64,000 nucleotides of DNA from a virus (taxonomy: Duplodnaviria > Heunggongvirae > Uroviricota > Caudoviricetes), in IMG/VR virus record IMGVR_UViG_3300024344_000001. The stretch is one strand, 5' to 3'. Within the stretch, counting starts at the first letter, position 1. Each line of letters begins with the position of its first letter. Below, one piece after another: positions 1 through 9,516 of the stretch. Position numbers and translations under genes: made by a program. The notes beneath the pieces were generated by a model that was not told the origin of the DNA, searched no databases, and worked only from the letters and a program-made list of their open reading frames with translations.

Positions 1-1354
1 CACCAACCTTGATTTCAAATAAACATTTTTGACCACTTGGTGTAATCACAACCGTATCTAGGGATAAACATTTGTTGAACGAGTATCTAGCTGACTTTTC
101 AATCCAACCGAAGATCTCATCAGCTTCTTCTTGATTAACTATCTTTGTAATTATACACCCGTTTTCGAACTTTACACGCACTTTTTTCATCAAATCGGCC
201 TTTTTTTTGCCAATTGCCTTACGAAGGTCATCTGCCTCCTGTAAGTTAAAGTCCGCTAGCTCTACTGAGATTGTCATCGCCTGCTCTTGGTATACAAGTA
301 CACCTTGAGTAGCAGCCAAGATAGGTTCTAGTGCAATATGAATGTATTCTAGTGGCTCTGTCCCGTTCTTACGGTCCACATACCACTGAGTCATTGACTT
401 ACCATCCATTATAGCCTTGGTACAATTATGGACAACGACGTTCCCAGCAATGAAATTATGATTTGGAGCAAGCATGGAGATATCATAGGTATCTTTTACC
501 CCTACACTCTCTTTTCCAGTAAAAGTTCCCCACACAAAACCCTTATATTGAGGCAATATAAGTTCTTTTCTGGCTCTCAATAGGCGGAATCTTGGAATTT
601 GACCTTCAGTATATTCCCTATGATGATTTGGACATAGGAAACACAAATTCTCTGCCGAGTTATCTACATATCTATTTCCATCAATATGATTAACATCTAG
701 ACTAGCTTTATTCCAGTCACAGAATAGACATTTCACCTCATAATTTTGATAGCATATCTCCTGAAAATATTTATTCCCACGCACGGGTTCAGTTAATCCA
801 TCTTTAACTGAATTAGATGAAGTTCGGTCGCCATTTTTAGCTAAAACGGCAATCCTATCTCCTACCTTTAGATCCTTTAATTCTATCCAACCATTTGGCG
901 TAAGTAGTTTGTGATCATCAGTACATTCTAGATTATACCAATTACCAGACATTCTTCGATTAATTGCATCCTGAAGATATCTAACAACATTAACCCGAAA
1001 ACACTCCTTTTTACCAGAGTAAATAACGTCTTCTACTGTATTTTCGTATAGTTTAGACGTACCATGAGTGGTATCCAAAGACATTATTGTATCATACTTA
1101 TCACTATCTTTGAATATATCTCTAATTGCCACTTTCTTATGCCCACGCTTGTCATATTTCTTCACGTACACTTTCGTGTCGCCAGAAACACAACCTGGGC
1201 GAATGATAGCAATCAAGTCAGATAGCTGTTCAAGATTTTCTGGTTCGGTCTTTTTTGACCAGTTTGACTGTCTATCTAACTGGAAAATACCTTTTGTACG
1301 CCCTTCAGCGAACAATTCGACCATTTCTTGTGTAAAACTGTATCTACCCATCAT
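1..1354 (-). CDS. dnaE: DNA polymerase III alpha (DnaE) C-terminal fragment, 3' end beyond window edge; carries an intein
   Basis: Minus-strand frame from ATG at 1354 reads MMGRYSFTQEMVELFAEGRTKGIFQLD...LIAIIRPG|C...|CTKAIMDG..VLVYQEQAM..LRKAIGKKK. This aligns with E. coli DnaE from about residue 615 (SFDMLQR..AVFQLES..ALFRPGP..YQEQVM..RAMGKKK). The frame stays open to coordinate 1. Confidence 0.75.
   Translation of the reverse strand, partial: MMGRYSFTQEMVELFAEGRTKGIFQLDRQSNWSKKTEPENLEQLSDLIAIIRPGCVSGDTKVYVKKYDKRGHKKVAIRDIFKDSDKYDTIMSLDTTHGTSKLYENTVEDVIYSGKKECFRVNVVRYLQDAINRRMSGNWYNLECTDDHKLLTPNGWIELKDLKVGDRIAVLAKNGDRTSSNSVKDGLTEPVRGNKYFQEICYQNYEVKCLFCDWNKASLDVNHIDGNRYVDNSAENLCFLCPNHHREYTEGQIPRFRLLRARKELILPQYKGFVWGTFTGKESVGVKDTYDISMLAPNHNFIAGNVVVHNCTKAIMDGKSMTQWYVDRKNGTEPLEYIHIALEPILAATQGVLVYQEQAMTISVELADFNLQEADDLRKAIGKKKADLMKKVRVKFENGCIITKIVNQEEADEIFGWIEKSARYSFNKCLSLDTVVITPSGQKCLFEIKVG
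425..1192 (-). mobile_element. Intein (256 aa) inserted after the RPG motif of DnaE, with an embedded HNH homing-endonuclease domain
   Basis: N-terminal block CVSGDTKVY directly after RPG. Block B is NLECTDDHKLLT (TxxH). C-terminal splice junction is NVVVHN|C. HNH motif present: CLFCDWNKASLDVNHIDGN...CFLCPNHH. Flanking exteins restore a contiguous DnaE alignment. Confidence 0.7.
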
Positions 1355-1607
1355 TTTTGTAACCACTCTCCATTATATCCATCGCACGATGGATAAAATC
1401 CCATCTTGCGTCTGTAGCATGTTCTACCATAAAATCGATTACTTCATTAACCGCTTCAACAAACTCGCCCTTTAGTGCTAATTCTTCAAGTGGTGTCAAT
1501 CTGTAACCGCTGGGAACAGTAATTTTATACTCACCAGACATGGTTAGAATCTCAAGTTCTTGTATACAGCCCTGTGGGTCTGTAGAAATCTTGTCATAAC
1601 TTGGCAA
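1344..1607 (-). CDS. 87-aa ORF between the exonuclease gene and dnaE-C; possibly a 5' extension of dnaE-C via +1 frameshift at an A5 run
   Basis: ORF ends ..ESGYKNDG* and overlaps dnaE-C ATG-ATG (1349-1354) in the +1 frame; a run of five A (tacAAAAAtgatg) sits at the junction. Confidence 0.3.
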   Translation of the reverse strand: MPSYDKISTDPQGCIQELEILTMSGEYKITVPSGYRLTPLEELALKGEFVEAVNEVIDFMVEHATDARWDFIHRAMDIMESGYKNDG

Positions 1608-2188
1608 GTGTGCTTAACGTCAACCAACGCATCATGAGCACCCTCGCCGTCAATCCCCATCATTTTCCTAATAGCGTCCATACTGATGGAGGTAACATCA
1701 TGGTCATTCTCCATCCACATATACAAGTTATCCATCATATCGATCTTGAATACCTGACTAAACAGGGCCTGATCATTTCTCTTACTGTCCCACGGACCAT
1801 ATTCTTTACAGATACGGCGGATAATGGGTATGTCATAGTTAATTATATTATATCCTGCTGGAACTGGATTGAAGAATGGTTTACCGCTTGGGTTCATCTT
1901 ATTAACAAACTGTTGGAACTTAGGCCATACATTCTTCAACTTAGGGGCAGCAGCTATTTCCTCCCTAGTCTGCCCTGTTACTTTAAGGGCGTCTGCTTCC
2001 AATGGAGCAAGGTTAGCTGCGACAGCCTTTTCATCATCAGTCTCGGCCCAAATCATAGACTGAAATTCGCCCATAGGTTTCAAAGTTCGCCCGTGTAAAC
2101 CTATAGCAGCAATCTGAGTAGGTTGGCAGGTATCTGGGTCTCTACCGCCAGTTTCAAGGTCAAAACAAACAATATGCCTGGTATGCAT
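1544..2188 (-). CDS. dnaQ: DnaQ-like DEDDh 3'-5' exonuclease (proofreading epsilon-like)
   Basis: Exo I motif MHTRHIVCFDLETGG; Exo III-like GAHDALVDV; lies between the two dnaE fragments. Confidence 0.75.
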   Translation of the reverse strand: MHTRHIVCFDLETGGRDPDTCQPTQIAAIGLHGRTLKPMGEFQSMIWAETDDEKAVAANLAPLEADALKVTGQTREEIAAAPKLKNVWPKFQQFVNKMNPSGKPFFNPVPAGYNIINYDIPIIRRICKEYGPWDSKRNDQALFSQVFKIDMMDNLYMWMENDHDVTSISMDAIRKMMGIDGEGAHDALVDVKHTCQVMTRFLQTHRAVYKNLRF

Positions 2189-2191
2189 AAT

Positions 2192-3856
2192 TTACTTTCC
2201 GTTGCTTAGCGGAGTTAGAACGCCGCCGTGTCTTTCTTGTACAAGTTCTTCCATCAACATTACCTTATCCAAGTGTGTTAATCCAAGAACGTCAAACTTT
2301 TCTTGCCCAAGATCACCAAGATCGCCCATTTCCAATGCCGCCTTAACGTTACCATCTTCGTCTGTAAGCATAGGGCATACATCTGCTAGACAGTCTCTAG
2401 AGATTACTACACCCGCCGCGTGCTTACCATGTGACTTAAAGGTTCCCTCAAGGTCAATAGCCTGCTGGAAATATGGGGCAAAAACACCTTCTAACTTACC
2501 ATCATAGTTAATATGACAGTAATCAATCAACTCTTTCTTGTTATGTAAGAGCGACCAACGAATAATGGATGGGTCATCCATAGATGAAAGCTGGTCAGAG
2601 ATCAAAGATTCATCAGGAATGAACTTGGTCATTTCATTCATTTCACCAAAACCACAAGCCTCATTGACTCTCAGAACTTCCTTAAGGGCAGATTTACCCT
2701 GTAGTCGTCCAAAAGTAATCACCTGACCTACCTTGTCATGGCCGTAGGTATCCTTGATGTAGTCAATAATTTCATCACGCTTGCTGGCTGGCACGTCCAT
2801 ATCAATATCTGGTAGGGAGATATGGTCACCTGTATTACGTCCAGCGTTGTAGAAACGCTCGAAGATTAAACCGTATTCAATAGGGTCAATGGTTGTCACC
2901 CCTAGTAAATACGAAATTAAACAGCCTGCCGCAGAGCCTCGTCCGGGTCCAGTAAGCCACCCGTTATCTCTACAAAATCTGATGATATCCCAAACGATTA
3001 AAAAGTAACCGAATAGGTCAGCGTCCTTAATAACGGTGAATTCATGTTCGAATCTTTTACCGTACAGGTCTCTACCTTCACCCTCAATCCTACTAGTACC
3101 ACCCAGTTCTCTCTTCCACCCCTCACGACATAGTTCCTTAAGGAATTCTTCCTCAGTCTCGCCGTTTGGTGTAGAGAAGTTAGGTAGAATAGGGCCGCTT
3201 AGAATGTTGTATTCTTCGCACTTATCAAAGATCTCCTGGAGAGAATTATGATTCTCTTCGTCCAGCATGTGCATCGCCGTTACTTGATCGTTATCTCTCA
3301 CATACCAGTCATCAAACTCAAAGAATTTGTGTAGACCATCAGGAACGGCGGTATTACCCTTCTTGATCTTAGGGAGAGTGGTTTTTAGACTAGTACATAG
3401 TAATATGCGATGTAGTTCAGCCTGTTCTTTCTCTACGTAGTATGAGGAACGCAGTAATTCCGTCTTGACATAGAAATCATCACCGGAGATTGGTGAGTCG
3501 GCCTCATAGTCTCCTACAGAAATAAGGTTTCCCCTAGCACAACGCTCACGTAGGACGTGGTTGTCTACCTTTCCATCAACAATCGACGATACGATCTTAA
3601 TTAGATCGAACCAACCATCCTTATTTTTGGCAAACAACTTGAATTTCTCAAATGAACAACCGATGATCGGTCTAATACCAGCTTTCTGACAGGCTTTGAA
3701 GAACTGCACGGAACCTGAAATAGAGTGATAGTCAGCAATACCACAGGCGGGGAATTCACATTTCGCACACTTTTTAGCAAGTTCGGCTGGTTTTGAGAAC
3801 CCTCTTAGAAGAGAGTAGTGAGTGAAGTTACATAGGGGAAACCACATATTAGTCAA
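2192..3856 (-). CDS. dnaE: DNA polymerase III alpha (DnaE) N-terminal fragment (PHP + palm/fingers), ends with TAA
   Basis: PHP-domain start MWFPLCNFTHYSLL; catalytic region GYFLIVWDIIRFCRDNGWLTGPGRGSAAGCLISYLLGVTTIDPIEYGLIFERFYN; ends ..KFDVLGLTHLDK..TPLSNGK, matching E. coli DnaE ~res 560-610. Confidence 0.85.
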   Translation of the reverse strand: MTNMWFPLCNFTHYSLLRGFSKPAELAKKCAKCEFPACGIADYHSISGSVQFFKACQKAGIRPIIGCSFEKFKLFAKNKDGWFDLIKIVSSIVDGKVDNHVLRERCARGNLISVGDYEADSPISGDDFYVKTELLRSSYYVEKEQAELHRILLCTSLKTTLPKIKKGNTAVPDGLHKFFEFDDWYVRDNDQVTAMHMLDEENHNSLQEIFDKCEEYNILSGPILPNFSTPNGETEEEFLKELCREGWKRELGGTSRIEGEGRDLYGKRFEHEFTVIKDADLFGYFLIVWDIIRFCRDNGWLTGPGRGSAAGCLISYLLGVTTIDPIEYGLIFERFYNAGRNTGDHISLPDIDMDVPASKRDEIIDYIKDTYGHDKVGQVITFGRLQGKSALKEVLRVNEACGFGEMNEMTKFIPDESLISDQLSSMDDPSIIRWSLLHNKKELIDYCHINYDGKLEGVFAPYFQQAIDLEGTFKSHGKHAAGVVISRDCLADVCPMLTDEDGNVKAALEMGDLGDLGQEKFDVLGLTHLDKVMLMEELVQERHGGVLTPLSNGK

Positions 3857-4037
3857 TCCAATTCAACTGAAATTCTTCTCGTAGTACCACTTCTCTTTGA
3901 GATATAGCCCATTCGCAGTTCACATAAATGGAATCATTAACGTTTACTTCGATCATATCATCCTCCACACTGTATTATACGGGATCTGGGCCGTTTGTCA
4001 ACCGATTTCCGCCCAGATTCCCAAAAAACGCCAACTA

Positions 4038-5060
4038 TTAACCTGGGGCCTCGTAGTAACCAATACTGTGACCAGGGGCCGTTAGATCCACAACGGTTTT
4101 ATCCATACCGTGTTCATCTAGATAGTCACCTACATACTGGCACATGTTAGTATTAGTGCCTTCCCAGTCATTCTTACAGTAGTGACAAATCCTCGTACAC
4201 TTCCAGTGACTTCTATCTCTTGATAGAGGTTTTGGGTTATCGTTCTTGACAATGTCCTTATATCGATCCTTCAAGATTCCAAGGAATCTATCTCGGTCTT
4301 CATCCTCGAAGAATAAGGTGAACGGGCCACCCTGGTCTGGTCTGATAAAGTAGATGGTCATAATCACATTTTTGTAATCAGGAAACATCTTGGAGATAGC
4401 GTAGTGATACAATAATAGCTGCGGATCATTCTGCAACTTATCATAGTCCTTAACTTCGCCGGTTACCCAGTCTTTTCTTTGGCCGGTCTTCCAGTCTACT
4501 ACCTCAATAGTGTCATCGTCAACCTTAGTTACAAGGTCGATAGTACCCTTGATGGCAAGCTGGCCCTCTAAATGATTACCCTGGGCGTCTACGAAGTCGT
4601 ATTTAGCCCAAGGTTCCTCAATAGCCATATCAAAGTGAGGCTCTGGGTAGAGTATATCACGCTTACGCGGATCAAAAACGCCGTGCTCCATCACGACGTT
4701 CACAAGTTTAGTGACTTCCTTGCGGTCGCCCTTAGTCCACTTATGCTTAGAATCCTTAGTGTAGGACTCAAAACAAAGATCTTCCAGGGTACGTAGGAAA
4801 TCGTCTGTGTAAAGTTCCTCTGCCTTGATTCTTATTTTACCAGTTACCTCGTCAGTACATTCGAGAGTCTTACGCTTAGGATTATCCTGCTCAAATTTCT
4901 TGAGGAAAGAGATAACTTCCATCACCTTATGGACAATGGTCCCTAACTCTGCCTTCTTCCCTGAATCTGTTCTATAGCCTAGTACGTAGGTCATGAAATA
5001 CTGCATTTCGCAGAACTTGTAATTGACCATACTAGAACTTCTGATATACGCACACTGCAT
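4038..5060 (-). CDS. PD-(D/E)XK Cas4/RecB-family exonuclease with C-terminal Cys cluster
   Basis: Motif IEVVDWKTG (RecB nuclease motif III); C-terminal HWKCTRICHYCKNDW..C (4 Cys, Fe-S like). Confidence 0.65.
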   Translation of the reverse strand: MQCAYIRSSSMVNYKFCEMQYFMTYVLGYRTDSGKKAELGTIVHKVMEVISFLKKFEQDNPKRKTLECTDEVTGKIRIKAEELYTDDFLRTLEDLCFESYTKDSKHKWTKGDRKEVTKLVNVVMEHGVFDPRKRDILYPEPHFDMAIEEPWAKYDFVDAQGNHLEGQLAIKGTIDLVTKVDDDTIEVVDWKTGQRKDWVTGEVKDYDKLQNDPQLLLYHYAISKMFPDYKNVIMTIYFIRPDQGGPFTLFFEDEDRDRFLGILKDRYKDIVKNDNPKPLSRDRSHWKCTRICHYCKNDWEGTNTNMCQYVGDYLDEHGMDKTVVDLTAPGHSIGYYEAPG

Positions 5061-5061
5061 A

Positions 5062-5304
5062 CTATTTCCAATCTGTTAATGGGTCATCTGTAAGAACGGT
5101 TATATCCGTGACTCCGTTCCCAGTATATCCCCTAAATTTGATTCCGCCGTCTACTTCTCTGATATATCTCAATGTTCCCGGCGGGTACTTGTGTCTACAT
5201 GACTCCGATATACCAATAATCACCTTTTTCACCTTGGGATGCTTCTCCAGTTGTGTTACACTTTTACGTAACTCTTTAGCGACCGAAGTATGCTTACCTC
5301 TCAT
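5062..5304 (-). CDS. hypothetical small protein
   Basis: ORF in minus-strand gene array. Confidence 0.35.
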   Translation of the reverse strand: MRGKHTSVAKELRKSVTQLEKHPKVKKVIIGISESCRHKYPPGTLRYIREVDGGIKFRGYTGNGVTDITVLTDDPLTDWK

Positions 5305-5305
5305 T

Positions 5306-6148
5306 TTACTGCTCCACTATAGGTAATTCGTCTACGATAGGAGTGAATAGTAGTTCAAGTTCCTTCTTGAGTTCCAGTAGACTACCATCCTTAAGTATCC
5401 TGGTGAAGATAGATTCATCAATATCATCAACGGAGGTTTCGCTGGCATGACCATCGGTGAATATATCACGCGGTAGTCTCAACACATTACCTGGTAGATT
5501 ACGAATGGCCTCAGCCTCATTGGGAAATCTTACGTCCGCTATGATAGCAATTTCACTGCCGTCATTAACGATACGTCTCATAGTATCTGCGATCCATACC
5601 GGCTCCCAGATCTTACGCATAACATCGGTACCAAAGAACTGCATAAACTCACGGGCAGTCATTGCTCCTGCGGGGTGAAACACTAAACCCTCTGTCGTTC
5701 TCTTGTAGTATTCACCCAACCGACCACTTACTGATCTACCCCTATTGCCGACTTCGGGTGGTACTTCTGTCACCACCCCCGGCATATTTTCCCACAACAG
5801 ATGTTCAATCTTTGTGTTCTTCTGTTCGTCTGTCCCGAATACGCACTCAGCCGGAACCCCAAACATATGAATACAGATATCCTTGAGGGTATCCGCAAAA
5901 CTATACAGCTTCACATACGGCCAGATAGTAGTCTCCGCATACTCAGAGAACTCTGGGTCACGGCGAGTAATATCAAATACGGGCCAGGAATCATCCATCT
6001 GCCCCTTATTCTGAATTAGTAGTTGACCCTTATCACTAATAGTCCAATCCTTAATGGCCCCGATCTTTTTCAGGACCATACCGTGAATTACATTAGCACA
6101 AGTTCCTTTACCGGACTGCTTCTTGCCCGCAAACCCAAACACTTTCAT
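5306..6148 (-). CDS. deoxynucleoside monophosphate kinase-like P-loop protein
   Basis: N-terminal P-loop MKVFGFAGKKQSGKGT resembling phage dNMP kinases. Confidence 0.55.
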   Translation of the reverse strand: MKVFGFAGKKQSGKGTCANVIHGMVLKKIGAIKDWTISDKGQLLIQNKGQMDDSWPVFDITRRDPEFSEYAETTIWPYVKLYSFADTLKDICIHMFGVPAECVFGTDEQKNTKIEHLLWENMPGVVTEVPPEVGNRGRSVSGRLGEYYKRTTEGLVFHPAGAMTAREFMQFFGTDVMRKIWEPVWIADTMRRIVNDGSEIAIIADVRFPNEAEAIRNLPGNVLRLPRDIFTDGHASETSVDDIDESIFTRILKDGSLLELKKELELLFTPIVDELPIVEQ

Positions 6149-7140
6149 AGTAATAATTCCCTTACTTTATCAATACTCATATCCCCGATGTCCTTTTTGT
6201 CCATCTTCGGAAATACCAATCTAAACATACGATTCAAGTCTCTCAAGATATTCTGCTTTGCCTCTCTACCGGGCTGATCATTATCAACCAGTACGGTAAG
6301 GGTAGTAGCCCCAGAGGATAGCAGCAATCCTTTTTGATAAGGTGAGATACTTTTTCCAAGGATACCTACACAGTTGTGGATACCCGCCTCATTCAAACGC
6401 CAGATATCACCCTGGCCCTCTGTGATATAGATGTTTCTCTCCACATGCTCAATAGCTTTGTGGTAGTTATACAGATACTTAGACTTACTAAAGCCATCCG
6501 AGTATATGTACTTCGGCTCCATGAACTCTTTTAGTCTACGTGCAATGAACGCTACCTTATTACCCTCTTCGTCGTGAATAGGTATGATAGCTCGCCTATG
6601 GTACTTACTACCATTCCAGCAATCCTCAACGCCGTATTCTCTAAGGGTGTCATGCTTAAAGCCGCGTTCGTCTTCAAAGTATTCTGACTTCCCAATAGTA
6701 TTAGGCCAGATAACAGGTGGAGGGTTACCTCTTTCTACCCGTTTACCGAATATCTTCACAATGTCGTGTAGGTCAGTCCGCTCGATGTGCTCGGTTTGGA
6801 TATGACCGCCGTCCAGATTATACAAACTTAAGAGGAAGCTAAGTGCTCCACTGAAGTCGCATTCTAAAACGCCGCTTACAAAGTCAAAAATACTAGTACC
6901 AAGATCAGAATGGCACTCATGACTCCAACATGCCCAACATCGCTTATCCAACGATATAGACAAGGACTTATCATTATCACTTCCATGAATAGGACAGCAC
7001 ATGAACACACTACCACTGTACTCTGTGTAGTCCAGGTTCAGTTCACTTAGTAGAAGATCGATGTTGTCAAGGACGACCGCTTCGACTTTTCTAAGATCCA
7101 GTGTGTTTTGTGTACTCATATACTTTTCTACACATATCAA
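6145..7140 (-). CDS. dnaG: DnaG-type DNA primase (zinc finger + Toprim)
   Basis: CHC2 zinc finger CCPIHGSDNDKSLSISLDKRCWACWSHEC; Toprim motifs ITEGQGD and VLVDNDQPG. Confidence 0.8.
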   Translation of the reverse strand: MICVEKYMSTQNTLDLRKVEAVVLDNIDLLLSELNLDYTEYSGSVFMCCPIHGSDNDKSLSISLDKRCWACWSHECHSDLGTSIFDFVSGVLECDFSGALSFLLSLYNLDGGHIQTEHIERTDLHDIVKIFGKRVERGNPPPVIWPNTIGKSEYFEDERGFKHDTLREYGVEDCWNGSKYHRRAIIPIHDEEGNKVAFIARRLKEFMEPKYIYSDGFSKSKYLYNYHKAIEHVERNIYITEGQGDIWRLNEAGIHNCVGILGKSISPYQKGLLLSSGATTLTVLVDNDQPGREAKQNILRDLNRMFRLVFPKMDKKDIGDMSIDKVRELLL

Positions 7141-7159
7141 GGAAGTAGCTTTGTTTGAA

Positions 7160-7318
7160 TTTGTTTTTCATAATATTCAAGTCTTTATGTACCCAATGCC
7201 ACTTTCGAGCGTTTATTTCTCCTGATTTTGGATAAAATGCCATAAAAGTCCGCAATTAGCAAGAGCGTAAGCCGCCCATACTAATCCATGAGGATAATCC
7301 TTACGTCTTACGCAATCA
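7160..7318 (-). CDS. possible small membrane peptide (~52 aa, below ORF-track cutoff)
   Basis: Minus-strand ORF MGIPAIIIATCCYLITAFDCVRRKDYPHGLVWAAYALANCGLLWHFIQNQEK read by eye in the 7141-7460 intergenic region; coordinates approximate. Confidence 0.2.
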
Positions 7319-7460
7319 AATGCGGTAATCAAATAGCAACATGTTGCAATTATTATTGCTGGAATACCCATATTAACACACCGTAGCAATTACGATAAAT
7401 AGGATTGACATTAATATATTGAGCCAACTGTTAGTTTGAAACAGAATTTCCTGACTTAAC

Positions 7461-7667
7461 CTAGACATCTCTTTCATCTGTTCTCTCTCCTGTGTATTCC
7501 CACCTGAATCCTAGGATTAGGCGTTGCATGAGTCTATGAAACCAGTTAGGGATTTTACGTGTCAAACTGGGTCTAAATACTAATCCGTCCGTAATATTAC
7601 AGGACCAACCAGAAGGTTTTGCCCACTGTACTTCGAACTTAGAGTCTTCAAAATTATGTGGAGACAT
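7461..7667 (-). CDS. hypothetical small protein
   Basis: ORF directly downstream of dnaB. Confidence 0.3.
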   Translation of the reverse strand: MSPHNFEDSKFEVQWAKPSGWSCNITDGLVFRPSLTRKIPNWFHRLMQRLILGFRWEYTGERTDERDV

Positions 7668-7668
7668 T

Positions 7669-9111
7669 TCATTCCTCTATCTCAATAGGGTCTTCCGCAC
7701 CTTGGATAGCCCCGGTTCTATTTCGTTCCTCAAGTAATTCATCCCTAGTATGCAATTCAGCTATTCTAGAGTATGCACCTTCCATGAATAGGTTGATGTA
7801 GTTACCATCTTCCATTCCTGGCCCGTGACGAGCTACAACTACTACCATCTTACGGTTACCGTTATCCGGCCCGTCTTCTGCTATTTCCTCATCGGCCTTA
7901 GTCTTGAATACGGTCCATGAAGTACATAGCCAGATCAAACGGTCAGAACCACTAATAGCCGAGGTAGACTCTGATGTAATACCATCGCGGTTCAACTGAG
8001 TAAGTGCAACACATGCAAAGTCATACTTTACGGCCATGTTATGCAGAGAAGTAATCTGGAAACCCAGGGCCTGGTACTCTTGTACGGAGGCACTAAGACC
8101 GTCACTACTTGTTAGCTTCAGGTAGTCATAGATGACCAAACAGTCATTGGTACGGCCATTTTCATCCACACCAACCGTTCTTACGATCCACCGTTTAATC
8201 ACATTTAAGATGTTCTCAATAGGCTCGCCCGACACATTTAAGTAATGAACTGGTAGTTCTGCGACTTCCTTAGAGGCGTCCCACAGATCCGCCAGCATTT
8301 CCTCATTCTCATCGAATCCACCAGTTGCTACCGTGTTAATAGGTACGTTGGATAGATTAGACAGATATCTGTTAAGCTGGTCTTCCTTACTCATTTCCGT
8401 ATCTAGTAGGAGCACAGGAATTCCCTGACGGCCTACATTGATAGCGGTATTAAGGGCGAATACGGACTTACCGGTCTTAGGGCGTGCTGAAATTAAGTCA
8501 ACACACTTACGGCGGAAACCTCCACCAATGGCAGCATCGTATCTAGGAAAGCCACTAGATATACCAATTTGATCACATTTGTTTGCAATAAGATAATCAA
8601 CGTATTCTTCAACGGCCTCCCCAATCAGTTCAGGATTCTTTGAAGTTGAATCCTCCCTTAGTAGTTCATTTACGGGGTTTTCAATCATGTTGATGATAGA
8701 GTCAATACTTTCATCGCCCGTTACATTTTCAATCTCCCTGATAAGGGTACCCATTGTCTTCTTAGCTTTTCGTAGAAACTCATACTTCTTGACCTGAACG
8801 GCCTGGTGAAATACGTTTGCCTTACGAATAGGGAACTGCATGAGTAGGTTAATGTACTCAAGTTCCTGTGGGGTATTGATAACATCTGTAAGCTTCAAGT
8901 GACCAGCAGCACCAAGGATGGACGGAACATCTACTTCCGCCCCATCCATAAGTACCTTTTCTACGCACTTGAATAGTACAGCATTATTACCATGTGTGAA
9001 GCACCCAGGGGTAATAAAGTCCGACACGTCGATATAGCATTCCATACCATACGACAGCAAGCCAGCTAGAACTGCTCGTTCTGCACCGGCGTCCACTAAT
9101 ACGCTATCCAC
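7669..9111 (-). CDS. dnaB: DnaB-like replicative helicase
   Basis: Walker A ISARPKTGKSVFALNTAIN; DnaB C-terminal RecA-like domain; N-terminal domain MDSVLVDAGAERAVLAGLL. Confidence 0.85.
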   Translation of the reverse strand: MDSVLVDAGAERAVLAGLLSYGMECYIDVSDFITPGCFTHGNNAVLFKCVEKVLMDGAEVDVPSILGAAGHLKLTDVINTPQELEYINLLMQFPIRKANVFHQAVQVKKYEFLRKAKKTMGTLIREIENVTGDESIDSIINMIENPVNELLREDSTSKNPELIGEAVEEYVDYLIANKCDQIGISSGFPRYDAAIGGGFRRKCVDLISARPKTGKSVFALNTAINVGRQGIPVLLLDTEMSKEDQLNRYLSNLSNVPINTVATGGFDENEEMLADLWDASKEVAELPVHYLNVSGEPIENILNVIKRWIVRTVGVDENGRTNDCLVIYDYLKLTSSDGLSASVQEYQALGFQITSLHNMAVKYDFACVALTQLNRDGITSESTSAISGSDRLIWLCTSWTVFKTKADEEIAEDGPDNGNRKMVVVVARHGPGMEDGNYINLFMEGAYSRIAELHTRDELLEERNRTGAIQGAEDPIEIEE

Positions 9112-9516
9112 TTATCTTCTTCCTCCACAATCATTACACACATTGTACTTACCGTAAATGTGGTCTGCTCTTTTTTCGAACTCGTCGTGACACAGATTAC
9201 ACCTTACGGTCTTATACGTAGGGGCGTTCCTAACTCGTGCCGCTAACTTAATCTCAGGGGTATCAAATTCTTCCCCCTTAGACTCTGCTCCGTCATCTGT
9301 CCACTGGTTTCCCTGCCAAGCTACAGCTTCGTTCTTAGCCTTAATCTTTCTACTTGGAGCGATGAATTCAGACTGGTCCCTTTTTTGAACCGTTTCTGAT
9401 ACTCGTTCCTGTTCTTCTTCTACTTGTGCTTCCTGAACCATATTCTTCAGAAGTTCCGCCCTCTGATCATCAGTTAGTGAGTCTATAAATTCAGGTGATA
9501 GGTCAGCAAATTTCAT
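9112..9516 (-). CDS. hypothetical acidic protein with C-terminal zinc ribbon
   Basis: CNLCHDEF..CNDCGG at C-terminus. Confidence 0.45.
   Translation of the reverse strand: MKFADLSPEFIDSLTDDQRAELLKNMVQEAQVEEEQERVSETVQKRDQSEFIAPSRKIKAKNEAVAWQGNQWTDDGAESKGEEFDTPEIKLAARVRNAPTYKTVRCNLCHDEFEKRADHIYGKYNVCNDCGGRR

Noticed and set aside
1068-2098. Plus-strand ORFs 1068-1475, 1601-2098 and 1869-2063
   Set aside because: They are antisense to the well-supported minus-strand dnaE-C, exonuclease and 87-aa ORFs, show low-complexity translations and have no homology cues
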